57,206 nucleotides of DNA from Candidatus Woesearchaeota archaeon (GTDB lineage Archaea > Nanobdellota > Nanobdellia > Woesearchaeales > UBA10216): positions 1 to 57,206 of the forward strand of contig JACPBZ010000026.1 in the NCBI GenBank assembly GCA_016180105.1. Reading direction: 5' to 3'. How positions within the stretch are numbered: position 1 is the stretch's first letter; each line of letters begins with the position of its first letter. Positions 30,371 through 39,294 of the stretch are shown piece by piece. The notes beneath the pieces are model-generated. The model searched no databases. It worked only from the letters and a program-made list of their open reading frames with translations, and had not been told where the DNA came from. A program made the position numbers and the translations under genes.

Positions 30371-30986
30371 TTTCCACTTCCCTCACGTATTCAAAGAACT
30401 TTTCGCACCCGTAAATGACAACGTGATACCTTAAAGCTTCCTTCCCAACGTTGACGTCCTTGGAAGTGAGCATGCTTTGGAAAAGCTTCTTATCCATAAC
30501 GACGGCATTCAGCTCCACAGCATGTGCCATAGACAATGTGTTAGCTACTCTGGAAACTGTTTCCCTTTTCCTATCTTCAACAACAACCAGCAGGTCAACA
30601 TCGCTCTTTTCCCTCGCTGTGCCTTTTGCGTAGCTGCCAAAAACAGCCACAAAATGAAGGGTATTTGATTGTTTAGACTCATCAAGAAGCTTATCCAGAA
30701 TTCCCTTCAAAGTTTTATTATGTGAAAACAACTCTTTAGCCTTTGCAGCCTCACGCTGGCAAAGCAAAAGAATGGTGTTATACTCAGAAAGGTTAAGGGA
30801 GCATAAAGAAGAAGTGCCAACAACCCTCTTATTTAGGACACCATCTGCAACCATTGACATGACTTTATTGTAGATGAAGCTGTAACCTTTCCGGCCCAGT
30901 CTCCGGGCTATCTCATTGATGCTGTACTCAGCCAAAATGTTCTCATCATACAGCCCCACTATCTGCCGCTCAAGTTCGCCCGCCAT
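30354..30986 (-). CDS. HTH plus minimal nucleotidyltransferase (MNT) antitoxin
   Basis: SINEIARRLG HTH; FGSYAKG...SDVDLLVV (GSx10DxD). Confidence 0.88.
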   Translation of the reverse strand: MAGELERQIVGLYDENILAEYSINEIARRLGRKGYSFIYNKVMSMVADGVLNKRVVGTSSLCSLNLSEYNTILLLCQREAAKAKELFSHNKTLKGILDKLLDESKQSNTLHFVAVFGSYAKGTAREKSDVDLLVVVEDRKRETVSRVANTLSMAHAVELNAVVMDKKLFQSMLTSKDVNVGKEALRYHVVIYGCEKFFEYVREVENDLKI

Positions 30987-31163
30987 AATTATTCCTCTTT
31001 TAAGATAACATTATCCCAAAAATAGGGTAACTGCTATATAAACTTTTTGGTGCCACAAAATGCATCAGCAGTCAGACTTCGGACAAGCTTTTTATATCCT
31101 TTCTCCGAGAGTGTGTGTAAAAGAAGCAGGACATTAGTCTTTTTATGGCTGTCAAGTTTGGTC

Positions 31164-31201
31164 GCGACGTCGCACTACTATACGCCGTCCTGTCCCGGCG
31201 T
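31164..31201 (+). repeat. 38-bp direct repeat, copy 1
   Basis: GCGACGTCGCACTACTATACGCCGTCCTGTCCCGGCGT, identical to 33261-33298. Confidence 0.9.
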
Positions 31202-31239
31202 CCTTCTCAAAACCAGAAACTTTATATAGTTGTAACATC

Positions 31240-31262
31240 AATTAGTAGAAATATTACTAATT
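31240..31262 (+). promoter_or_regulatory. putative AbiEi operator (8-bp inverted repeat)
   Basis: AATTAGTA-N7-TACTAATT between TTTATATA (31221) and ATG 31273. Confidence 0.6.
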
Positions 31263-31272
31263 GGTGTTAATT

Positions 31273-31773
31273 ATGGAAGGGCTTTCAAGGAAGGAAATGG
31301 AAATTGTGTCATGGCTTGAATTTTACAACAAGTATTTCTTTTCTTCATCAGAAATAGACAGATTTGCAAAAAGCAGAACTCAGCGTTACAATTTTATCAA
31401 AAATTTGTTGAAAAAGAAACGAATTGTCAAGCTAAGCCGGGGCAGGTACTACCTGATAACTACAAAAGCCAAATCTGGAAGCTGGGCGGAACATTCCTTC
31501 ATTTTGGCAGATGAAACGTGCAGTGGTAAGGATTACGTCATCGGTGGGTGGGCAGCAGCCAACTACTGGCATCTTACTGATCAAATCCCCATGCAAATTG
31601 ATGTTTATACTACAAAACGGCAGGGTGTATTAAGAGTGCTCAATACACGCATTGTCTTTCATAGGACAACTGAACGAAGGGTGAATAGCGTTGTTGTAGG
31701 ACGCATCAGCAATCATCCCTTTAGGATTGAAAAAAAAGAGGATGCTAAAAAATGGCTGAAATCAACAAGATAA
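31273..31773 (+). CDS. AbiEi-like type IV TA antitoxin/regulator
   Basis: wHTH LLKKKRIVKLSRGRY; YVIGGWAAANYWHLTDQIP..VYT. Confidence 0.85.
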   Translation: MEGLSRKEMEIVSWLEFYNKYFFSSSEIDRFAKSRTQRYNFIKNLLKKKRIVKLSRGRYYLITTKAKSGSWAEHSFILADETCSGKDYVIGGWAAANYWHLTDQIPMQIDVYTTKRQGVLRVLNTRIVFHRTTERRVNSVVVGRISNHPFRIEKKEDAKKWLKSTR

Positions 31774-32534
31774 GCCCCAGAGAATTTGCAGATATTGCTT
31801 CACGGCATCCATTTAACAATATCCTGCTCACTAAAGACTATTATGTCACCGTGTTTCTCTACTTATGCAAAGAGATTGATGGCTTGTATTTCAAAGGAGG
31901 GACCGCTCTGCAAAAAATATTTCTTAATCACAGTCGGCTAAGCGAGGATATCGATTATACTGTCACCATAGATGTGGAAGAGGCAAAAAGAGAAATAACC
32001 GAAGCGATAAAAGCGAGTCAATTTGCAACCAGCATAACCAAGGATAAGGATGTTGAAGGATTTACTCGTCTAGTTATTCACTACAAGGGTTTTGGTGATG
32101 AGGATGGAACAGTGTTTATTGACCTGAATAAGCGAGCCAGGCTCCTCCTTAAGCCTGAACGACACGAGATTAAACATTTTTATCCTGACAATATCCCAGC
32201 GTTTTCTGTCAATACTCTCGCACGAGACGAAATGTTTGCAGAAAAAGTTGCTGCCGCGGTTGGCAGGAACCGCCCAAGGGACTACTACGATGTTTACACG
32301 ATGATTAAAGCCAACCTGCCTATCAATCTTGACATAGTCAAACAGAAATGCAGGCAATCGGGCACTGAATTCAATGTTCCAAGAATGTTCAGCAAAGCCG
32401 ATAAGCTCAAAGTGAGATGGGACAGGGATATGATCCCCCTTCTGGCTGAAGAAGTTCCGTTCGTGGAAGTGATGAGAACACTGGCCAGGCACTTCAAGCT
32501 CAAGGAAGTAAAAGATACTAAAAGGGAAAGGTAG
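31752..32534 (+). CDS. AbiEii/AbiGii nucleotidyltransferase toxin
   Basis: FKGGTALQKI..RLSEDIDY..AEKVAA..RPRDYYD. Confidence 0.9.
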   Translation: MAEINKISPREFADIASRHPFNNILLTKDYYVTVFLYLCKEIDGLYFKGGTALQKIFLNHSRLSEDIDYTVTIDVEEAKREITEAIKASQFATSITKDKDVEGFTRLVIHYKGFGDEDGTVFIDLNKRARLLLKPERHEIKHFYPDNIPAFSVNTLARDEMFAEKVAAAVGRNRPRDYYDVYTMIKANLPINLDIVKQKCRQSGTEFNVPRMFSKADKLKVRWDRDMIPLLAEEVPFVEVMRTLARHFKLKEVKDTKRER

Positions 32535-32544
32535 TTGTCGAACC

Positions 32545-32560
32545 TCCTGTCCCGGCGTTA
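32545..32560 (+). repeat. partial (16-bp) copy of the island repeat
   Basis: TCCTGTCCCGGCGTTA, identical to 33285-33300. Confidence 0.8.
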
Positions 32561-32645
32561 TACTTGCAGTTCAGCGCCGTCACAGGATTGCAATCGGACA
32601 GTCAACTAAAAGAATGCTGCCTTATTTGGTCATTTGGAATTCATC

Positions 32646-33131
32646 TTATTTTATGTATGCGGGATTTTCAAGAATATTCCGTTCTTGATCTTTTCGGTTA
32701 TACGTCGTTCTTGAACAGTCCACAGGTCTGTCGAAACTTGTCAAATAGATTTCAGCAATCGCCAAAGGTCCGTGGACTAATGTTTCGTCAAGATAAAAGC
32801 AAACATTAGGTGTAATATTTTTCTGTCCACCTATAGGAATATATCCTATTGACGGCGCATCCATGTCCGGATACTTTTCATCCGTCTTCTTAGCTTTAAG
32901 TTCCAGACTCCCCTCTTTACTGTCAATATCAGAATTTCCAGTTACATTGTCCATCCATAAAAAATAGCGTGAACCACCCAATTCATAAACTATTCCAACC
33001 CCTTGATCAACTGTCTCCACAGCTCTTATTTGGCCAGTCACTTCAGGGGCTGCTTGAGCACAGGCAGATGTTATAAGAGCCGCAAGCCCACCCATTAATG
33101 CTACCCCTCTCACTTTCGAACTTAAAGACAT
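32646..33131 (-). CDS. hypothetical exported protein, possible lipoprotein
   Basis: MSLSSKVRGVALMGGLAALITSAC lipobox-like signal; AT-rich codon usage. Confidence 0.6.
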   Translation of the reverse strand: MSLSSKVRGVALMGGLAALITSACAQAAPEVTGQIRAVETVDQGVGIVYELGGSRYFLWMDNVTGNSDIDSKEGSLELKAKKTDEKYPDMDAPSIGYIPIGGQKNITPNVCFYLDETLVHGPLAIAEIYLTSFDRPVDCSRTTYNRKDQERNILENPAYIK

Positions 33132-33260
33132 TTCAATCAAGATTCAGAAATTCGAACACCTATTTAAATTTATCTATTTTTACCACTTAATAGACGTAAA
33201 TTAAGAGCTTGCTTAACCTTTTTAATTTCCTGACAAAGGTCATATATCTTCAGAAATGGT

Positions 33261-33298
33261 GCGACGTCGCACTACTATACGCCGTCCTGTCCCGGCGT
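33261..33298 (+). repeat. 38-bp direct repeat, copy 2
   Basis: Identical to 31164-31201. Confidence 0.9.
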
Positions 33299-33309
33299 TA
33301 AACTGCCTT

Positions 33310-33864
33310 TTACATTATCTTCTTTAGTATGTCTGACTTTGTTATGACGCCTTTCGGCTTTCCGTTTTCGGCGACTATCACGAGGGGTGAGTGCCTCAGG
33401 AGTTCGGCAACGGCGGTGAGTGACGTTGACTTTGAGACTATTGGCGGGGCTTCTTCCATTATGTCGGCCACTTGCAGCCTGTTTGGGTTTTTTCCTTCCG
33501 CTATCTTCTCTATTATGTTGCTTTCGGATATCAGCCCGGTTATTGAGCTGCTGTCCGTGACCGGCAGCTGAGATATGTTGTTTGCCTTCATTTTTTTTAC
33601 GGCTTCGGTCACTATGTCCGTCTTGTCAACAGAGATTATCTTGTGCGTTATGAGCTGCTCTGCCTTTGGCTCGTTCTTGTCTTCGAGGCCGTGAAGCGCC
33701 TCAAGCAGCTTTTTGGCATTGCTGTAAGTCGGGTCGACTCTTCCAGATTCTATTTTCGCAATGAGGCTCTGGGATACTCCGGCCAGCTTTGCAAGCGCGG
33801 TTTGGGTTAGGTTGTGCTTTTTTCTCAGGCGTTTTACTTCCGGAAGGTCCTCGAATTGGTTCAT
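33310..33864 (-). CDS. XRE-HTH plus CBS-pair transcriptional regulator
   Basis: LTQTALAKLAGVSQSLIAKIESG; ISQLPV, GVITKSD. Confidence 0.92.
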   Translation of the reverse strand: MNQFEDLPEVKRLRKKHNLTQTALAKLAGVSQSLIAKIESGRVDPTYSNAKKLLEALHGLEDKNEPKAEQLITHKIISVDKTDIVTEAVKKMKANNISQLPVTDSSSITGLISESNIIEKIAEGKNPNRLQVADIMEEAPPIVSKSTSLTAVAELLRHSPLVIVAENGKPKGVITKSDILKKIM

Positions 33865-33941
33865 GCCGTGGTCACTGCTGCCGGGATATAAAATACTTTC
33901 TATTTAGAATAAAAAAAGGAAAATTTTATTCCTTTAAGAAT

Positions 33942-34367
33942 TTACACGAATGATCCTTCTTCTGTGGCGGACTCCTCTATGAGGTCTTGCGCCTTGCCCG
34001 TGTATTGCTGCCCTACTGTTTGCCTTCCGCAGTATGGGCACGAGCTGACGTCAGCCTCGCGTTTTCTTGAGAACTTGAAGTGGCAGCTTCGGCAGTAGTA
34101 GCCTGTCGTGTCGCCTGCCGCGCCTATGATGGCTTCCCCTTCCTGGCCCGCCGTTGCCTCGGCTGTTGAGCCATTTCCGGATTGCCTGAACTGTGCTTGC
34201 CTTAGCCTTGCGGAAGACGATTGTGTTGTGCCTGGTTTTATTCCGCTTCGTTCCTTTTCCACGCACACCTGGCATATTAGCTTTGTTCCGCTGAGGTTGT
34301 ATCGCATCGTGCTGACTTGGGTTCTCGAGCCGCAGTTTCCGCACGTTAGCATCCCGCTCAGTGGCAT
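33942..34367 (-). CDS. double zinc-ribbon protein
   Basis: CGNC..CQVC and CRSC..CPYC pairs. Confidence 0.75.
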   Translation of the reverse strand: MPLSGMLTCGNCGSRTQVSTMRYNLSGTKLICQVCVEKERSGIKPGTTQSSSARLRQAQFRQSGNGSTAEATAGQEGEAIIGAAGDTTGYYCRSCHFKFSRKREADVSSCPYCGRQTVGQQYTGKAQDLIEESATEEGSFV

Positions 34368-34658
34368 GGCTTTTTTAGGCGCTTTTGTATTTTTAAAGTT
34401 TGTTATGCTTTCAGCAGTTTGCTTTTCCCGACGGCTGCGGCAGCGGTTATGCGCCTGCGTTGTTTTCGGATCTCTATTTAGAAACCTTTATATATCGCCT
34501 TTTCGTTCTTCCTGAAACGAGTGAAAGAAGAACCTGAGCTAGATTCTTCGTTTACTGGCTTTGCGCCAGCGGAAAAGGATTGATTAAATGAGCATAAACA
34601 AGACAAGCAATAGGATAGTAGCCGTTATTTCTGCGGCAGTTGAACAGGGGTGATTAGT

Positions 34659-35420
34659 ATGCAGCAGCCAATGCCTCATCAGATTATGGGTTATGATCGT
34701 GCCATTACTATGTTCAGTCCGGATGGCCGGCTTTTGCAGGTTGAGTATGCCAAGAAGACTGTTAGGCAGGGTTCCACGGCGATTGGAATGGTTTGCAAGG
34801 ATGGTGTTGTTCTTATTGCGGACAAGCGCATTGTGGACAGCCTTGTGATTGCAGAGGCTGTTGAGAAGATTTTTCCGATTGATGACCATATCGCGTCCAC
34901 TGCTTCGGGCATTCTTTCTGATGCACGTGTTTTGGTTGAGCGTGCCCAGTTGAGGGCTCAGCAGCACCACGTTACTTATGATTCGCCTGTTGACATCCTT
35001 ACCATTGTCAAGGATATTTCGAATCTTAAGCAGTTTTGCACCCAGTCTGGTGGCTTGAGGCCGTTTGGCGTTTCCTTGCTTATTGCAGGTGTTGATGAGA
35101 CTGGTCCTAAGCTGTTTGAGACTGACCCGACGGGCATTTACTTCCAGTATAAGGCTACTGTCATAGGTGAGGGCGAGCCTGAAATTGAGGAAGTGCTTAG
35201 GAAGGAGTACAGGGATGACTTGACGATGGAGGAGGCGATTAAGCTGTGCCTCAGGAGCCTTTACAAGGTGATTGAGAAGGATTTTAACTATGATAGGATT
35301 GCTGGCTCTTACATCACGACCTCAGAGAGGAGGTTTGTGAAGCTCAAGAGGGCTGAGATTGAGAAGTATATGGAGGAAGTGAAGCGGTCTGCTTCCAAGA
35401 AGAAGGAGGATAAGCCTTAA
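34659..35420 (+). CDS. psmA: proteasome alpha subunit
   Basis: GYDRAITMFSPDGRLLQVEYA, RPFGVSLL. Confidence 0.97.
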   Translation: MQQPMPHQIMGYDRAITMFSPDGRLLQVEYAKKTVRQGSTAIGMVCKDGVVLIADKRIVDSLVIAEAVEKIFPIDDHIASTASGILSDARVLVERAQLRAQQHHVTYDSPVDILTIVKDISNLKQFCTQSGGLRPFGVSLLIAGVDETGPKLFETDPTGIYFQYKATVIGEGEPEIEEVLRKEYRDDLTMEEAIKLCLRSLYKVIEKDFNYDRIAGSYITTSERRFVKLKRAEIEKYMEEVKRSASKKKEDKP

Positions 35421-35429
35421 GGGGTCGCG

Positions 35430-36152
35430 ATGGAAGCCTTCAAGGACAATTTTGTCAAGGAGAGGGTTCATTTTAACCTTGCCAGGCTCAAGGCTGGCGG
35501 CGAGAATTTCGAGGTTGTTATCCATCCTGATCAGGCAATGGCGTTCAAGTCGGGCCAGGGTGACATCAGGGATGTCCTGGTTTATGATCACATATTCGCT
35601 GATGCCAAGAGGGGCATGGCTGCTTCGGAGCACGTTATGATGAGCGTGTTCAAGACAACTGAGAGGGTTGAGGTCGCGAAGCAGATTATCCTGAAGGGCG
35701 AGATTCAGCTGACCGTCGAGTATAGGGATAGGCTGAGGGATGAGAAGAGGAAGGCAATCCTGAACATCATCCATCGTAACGCCATTGACCCGAGGTCGGG
35801 CCTGCCGCATCCGCCTAATAGGATTGAGGCCGCTTTTGATGAGGCCAAGGTGAGGATTGATGAGCACCGGAAGGCCGAGGACCAGGTCCAGGACATTGTC
35901 AAGCAGCTTATGCCTGTGCTGCCAATCAAGTTTGAGGTGCGCAGGGTTGAGCTTCACGTTCCAGCAAGGTATGCTGCCCAGTCGTATGCTATAATGAAGG
36001 GCTTTGGAAGCCTTGTGAAGGATAACTGGCAGAATGACGGCAGCCTGGTTGCTGTTGTTGAGGTTCCCGCTGGGTTGCAGCAGGACCTTTATTCGGCCTT
36101 GAACAGGCTGACTCACGGAGAGGTTGAAAGCAAGGTTGTAGGAAAGGTTTAA
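35430..36152 (+). CDS. sdo1: ribosome maturation factor SBDS/Sdo1
   Basis: KGEIQLT, DPRSGLPHPPNRIE. Confidence 0.95.
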   Translation: MEAFKDNFVKERVHFNLARLKAGGENFEVVIHPDQAMAFKSGQGDIRDVLVYDHIFADAKRGMAASEHVMMSVFKTTERVEVAKQIILKGEIQLTVEYRDRLRDEKRKAILNIIHRNAIDPRSGLPHPPNRIEAAFDEAKVRIDEHRKAEDQVQDIVKQLMPVLPIKFEVRRVELHVPARYAAQSYAIMKGFGSLVKDNWQNDGSLVAVVEVPAGLQQDLYSALNRLTHGEVESKVVGKV

Positions 36153-36165
36153 GGGTGATTTGAAA

Positions 36166-36867
36166 ATGGGAGAATTGTTGGTTTCAGACAAGAGCATTGT
36201 TGTTCCGGGAGAGGAGGTTGCTGTCGGGATGGATTTCCTTCCGACAGAAGGCGTTTATCGCGATGGTGACAAGCTTGTTGCCTCGAGGCTTGGCCTTTTT
36301 TCAGTTGACGGCAGGCTGGTCAAGCTTATTCCGCTTTCTGGCAAGTACTTGCCAAAGAAGGGTGATGTGATTATTGGCAAGGTTGTTGATGTCCTGATTT
36401 CTGGCTGGCGTGTTGACATTAACTCGGCATATACTGCTATGCTTTCGATGAAGGATGCAACTTCGGAATTCATTGCCAGGGGCGCTGATCTTACGAGGTA
36501 TTTCACATTTGGCGATTACATAGTTACCAACATAGTCAATGTGACTTCCCAGAATCTTGTTGACCTTACGATGAAGGGGCCTGGCTTGAAGAAGCTTTCC
36601 GAGGGTATGATAATTAAGGTTGCTCCGAATAAGGTTCCGAGGATTATCGGGAAGCAGGGAAGTATGGTGAGTATGATCAAGGATGCGACCGGCTGCCGCG
36701 TAACGGTTGGTCAGAATGGCATTGTGTGGCTTCAGGGTGAGCCGAGCCAGGAGTTTGTGGCTGTTTCTGCCATAAGGAAGATTGAGCAGGAGAGTCACAT
36801 TTCTGGCTTGACTGACAGGATTAAGGCTTTCCTGGATGAGGAAGTTGGAAAGATTAAGGGAGGATGA
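36166..36867 (+). CDS. rrp4: exosome RNA-binding subunit Rrp4
   Basis: IVVPGE, S1 domain, KVPRIIGKQGSM, VGQNG. Confidence 0.95.
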   Translation: MGELLVSDKSIVVPGEEVAVGMDFLPTEGVYRDGDKLVASRLGLFSVDGRLVKLIPLSGKYLPKKGDVIIGKVVDVLISGWRVDINSAYTAMLSMKDATSEFIARGADLTRYFTFGDYIVTNIVNVTSQNLVDLTMKGPGLKKLSEGMIIKVAPNKVPRIIGKQGSMVSMIKDATGCRVTVGQNGIVWLQGEPSQEFVAVSAIRKIEQESHISGLTDRIKAFLDEEVGKIKGG

Positions 36868-36872
36868 GTTTT

Positions 36873-37604
36873 ATGTCGTACGATAAGAGAGTTGATGGTC
36901 GAAGGCCTGATGAGACGAGGCCTATTGTTGCAAAGGCGGGCATAATCAAGAGGGCTGATGGCTCTGCAATGTTTCAGATGGGCAATACTGTTGCTTATGC
37001 TGCGGTTTACGGGCCGAGGGACCTTTTTCCCCGGTTTATGCAAAATCCGCAAAGGGGTGTTTTGCGCTGCCGCTATAATATGATGCCTTTTTCCGGCGCT
37101 GGCGAGAGGGTAAAGCCTGGCGGTTCAAGGCGAAGCAAGGAAATTTCAATGGTTACCGAGAAGGCGCTTTTGCCTGTCCTTAACCTTGAGGATTTTCCAA
37201 ATGCTGTTGTTGATGTTTTTATTGAGCTTCCGCAGACTGACGCTGGCACCAGGTGCGCGGGCATTTGCGCTGCCTCAATTGCCCTTGCTGACGCTGGCCT
37301 TTCAATGAGGGATATGGTGGCTGCTGTTTCCGTGGGCAAGGTTGATAATATGGTTGCGGTTGACCTCAACTACGCTGAGGAGTCTTACGAGGGCGGTGAC
37401 GTGGCTGACATTCCTGTGGCTTTTATTCCGAGGACTGGGCAGGTTTCCCTTCTTCAGATGGATGGGCTTATTGATGCTGAGAGCCTTAAGAGGGCTCTCG
37501 AGCTTGGAAAGAAGGCGTGCTCTGAGATTTATGAAATCCAGAAAAAGGCGCTTAAGGAGAAGTTTGCTTCCGGAGCCGGCGTTAACGGCAACGGTGAACG
37601 GTAG
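36873..37604 (+). CDS. rrp41: exosome exonuclease Rrp41
   Basis: RVDGRRPDETRP, AAVYGPR, RRSKEIS, DAGTRCAGI. Confidence 0.96.
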   Translation: MSYDKRVDGRRPDETRPIVAKAGIIKRADGSAMFQMGNTVAYAAVYGPRDLFPRFMQNPQRGVLRCRYNMMPFSGAGERVKPGGSRRSKEISMVTEKALLPVLNLEDFPNAVVDVFIELPQTDAGTRCAGICAASIALADAGLSMRDMVAAVSVGKVDNMVAVDLNYAEESYEGGDVADIPVAFIPRTGQVSLLQMDGLIDAESLKRALELGKKACSEIYEIQKKALKEKFASGAGVNGNGER

Positions 37605-37613
37605 GGGATTGAA

Positions 37614-38384
37614 ATGAATGAGCTTTTGAAATCGAACATTTTGAAGTGGCTTAAGACAGGCAAGCGCTATGACGGCCGCGGCTTGGAGGATTTCCGCCCG
37701 ATAGTGGTCGAGCGGGGAGTTACAAAGAACGCAGAAGGCTCTGCGAGGGTCAGGATTGGCGATACTGAAGTTATTGCTGGAGTCAAGCTTTCAGTAGAGA
37801 AGCCTTACCCAGACACGCCAAAGAATGGCAATTTGATGGTTGGTGCCGAGCTTTTGCCCCTTTCAAATCCCGAGTTTGAGGCAGGGCCTCCAAATGAGGA
37901 GGCGATTGAGGTTGCAAGGGTGGTTGACCGCGGCCTTCGCGAGTCCAATGCCTTGGATACGAAAAAGCTTTGCCTTGAGGAAGGAGAGAAGGTGTGGTCT
38001 GTCAGCATTGACATTTGCACCATAAACGTGGATGGCAATCTGCTTGATGCTTCAGCCCTTGCGGCCGTTGCTGCCATTCAGGATGCGCGTTTTCCCGGAT
38101 ATGACGGGAAAACTGTCGACTACAAGCACCTTACTGAAAAAAGGCTTCCGATGGCCCGCACTCCGATATCGATTACCGTCAATAAGCTTGGGGAGTTCAT
38201 CTTTGTTGACCCGTCTACCGATGAGGAGATGATCGTTGATGCCCGGCTCACGGTTGCCATGACTGAGGGCAAGATTTGTGCCTTGCAGAAGGGCGGCTCC
38301 ACGCCCCTCACTATCGATGAGATTGGCAGGATGATTGACCTGGCCAAGGCAAAGGCTGGTGAGCTTTCAGTTAAGCTTAAATAA
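37614..38384 (+). CDS. rrp42: exosome subunit Rrp42
   Basis: RYDGRGLEDFR, AEGSARV, ARVVDRGLRES, ALQKGG. Confidence 0.96.
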   Translation: MNELLKSNILKWLKTGKRYDGRGLEDFRPIVVERGVTKNAEGSARVRIGDTEVIAGVKLSVEKPYPDTPKNGNLMVGAELLPLSNPEFEAGPPNEEAIEVARVVDRGLRESNALDTKKLCLEEGEKVWSVSIDICTINVDGNLLDASALAAVAAIQDARFPGYDGKTVDYKHLTEKRLPMARTPISITVNKLGEFIFVDPSTDEEMIVDARLTVAMTEGKICALQKGGSTPLTIDEIGRMIDLAKAKAGELSVKLK

Positions 38385-38423
38385 TGGCTGTCTGTCACCA
38401 GCTTCAAGCGAGGTAATGTTTTA

Positions 38424-38648
38424 ATGGCTGTAAAGGAAGCTACTGAACAAAAATTCACCAAGTATGAGATTGCGAGGATGATTGGTGCCCGTGCCCTTCA
38501 GATATCTATGGGTGCTCCATTTCTTGTGAAGCTTTCCGAGGAAGAGATAAAGGCGTTGCGGTACAATCCAATCGAGATAGCGAAGCTTGAGTTTGAGAAA
38601 GGCGTGATACCTATAACCGTAAAGCGCCCTGAGAATGCGGCTAAGTAG
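38424..38648 (+). CDS. rpoK: RNA polymerase subunit K (Rpo6)
   Basis: [28 protein letters not shown]. Confidence 0.95.
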   Translation: MAVKEATEQKFTKYEIARMIGARALQISMGAPFLVKLSEEEIKALRYNPIEIAKLEFEKGVIPITVKRPENAAK

Positions 38649-39258
38649 CTTTTTTTCCCTTGTATCTTCCCCTTTCCTCGACTTTTCCAAGCCTGATTAG
38701 CACTTCTTTCCAGCCGCCGTTGCTTTGTTTATACGCGGTCATTGCGGCGGCAAAGCATTTTTCTGCTATTCTGCTGTGGCTGCTTTTGAGGGCTTGCCTG
38801 AAGAGGTGGAGGTCAACTGCCTTGTCTTCGTCCTTGTTTGAAAACAGGCTTAGCCCGAAGTCGATGAGGTATGCTCTTCCATCGCGGTTGCCGTGAATAA
38901 TGTTCGAAGTTGTCAGGTCGCCGTGAGTTATGTTGTTGTTGTGCATTGTTCCGATGCTTTTTCCGATGTTAGCGGCCAGTAATTTGCAGTTGCTGTCGTT
39001 AAGGGTGTCGCGCACTTTTTTCCCGTCGATCAGCTGCAGGGTTATGGTTGTGGTTTTTTCGTCTGCATCAAGCACTTTTGGCACGGGCACTCCCAGTTGC
39101 TGGAGAGCTTCGATTACTTTAACTTCCCTTCTCATTCGGTGCAGCCTCAGCTTCTCATCAATTTCGTTTATTCTGTATTTCTTGGGTTGCCGCTGCTTGA
39201 CGACCGTTTTAGCGTCGGTATAGACAACTGCCTCGGCTCCTCTTGAAAGAATTTTCAT
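38641..39258 (-). CDS. bud32: KEOPS kinase Bud32
   Basis: [28 protein letters not shown]. Confidence 0.95.
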   Translation of the reverse strand: MKILSRGAEAVVYTDAKTVVKQRQPKKYRINEIDEKLRLHRMRREVKVIEALQQLGVPVPKVLDADEKTTTITLQLIDGKKVRDTLNDSNCKLLAANIGKSIGTMHNNNITHGDLTTSNIIHGNRDGRAYLIDFGLSLFSNKDEDKAVDLHLFRQALKSSHSRIAEKCFAAAMTAYKQSNGGWKEVLIRLGKVEERGRYKGKKAT

Positions 39259-39294
39259 GAATCAGGAGAAATTCGCTGCTGTTTTAATTGGTTT

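Noticed and set aside
33258..33285. Xer/dif site (starts GGTGCG)
   Set aside because: Lacks the 11-6-11 arm structure with TAA/TTA inner motifs.
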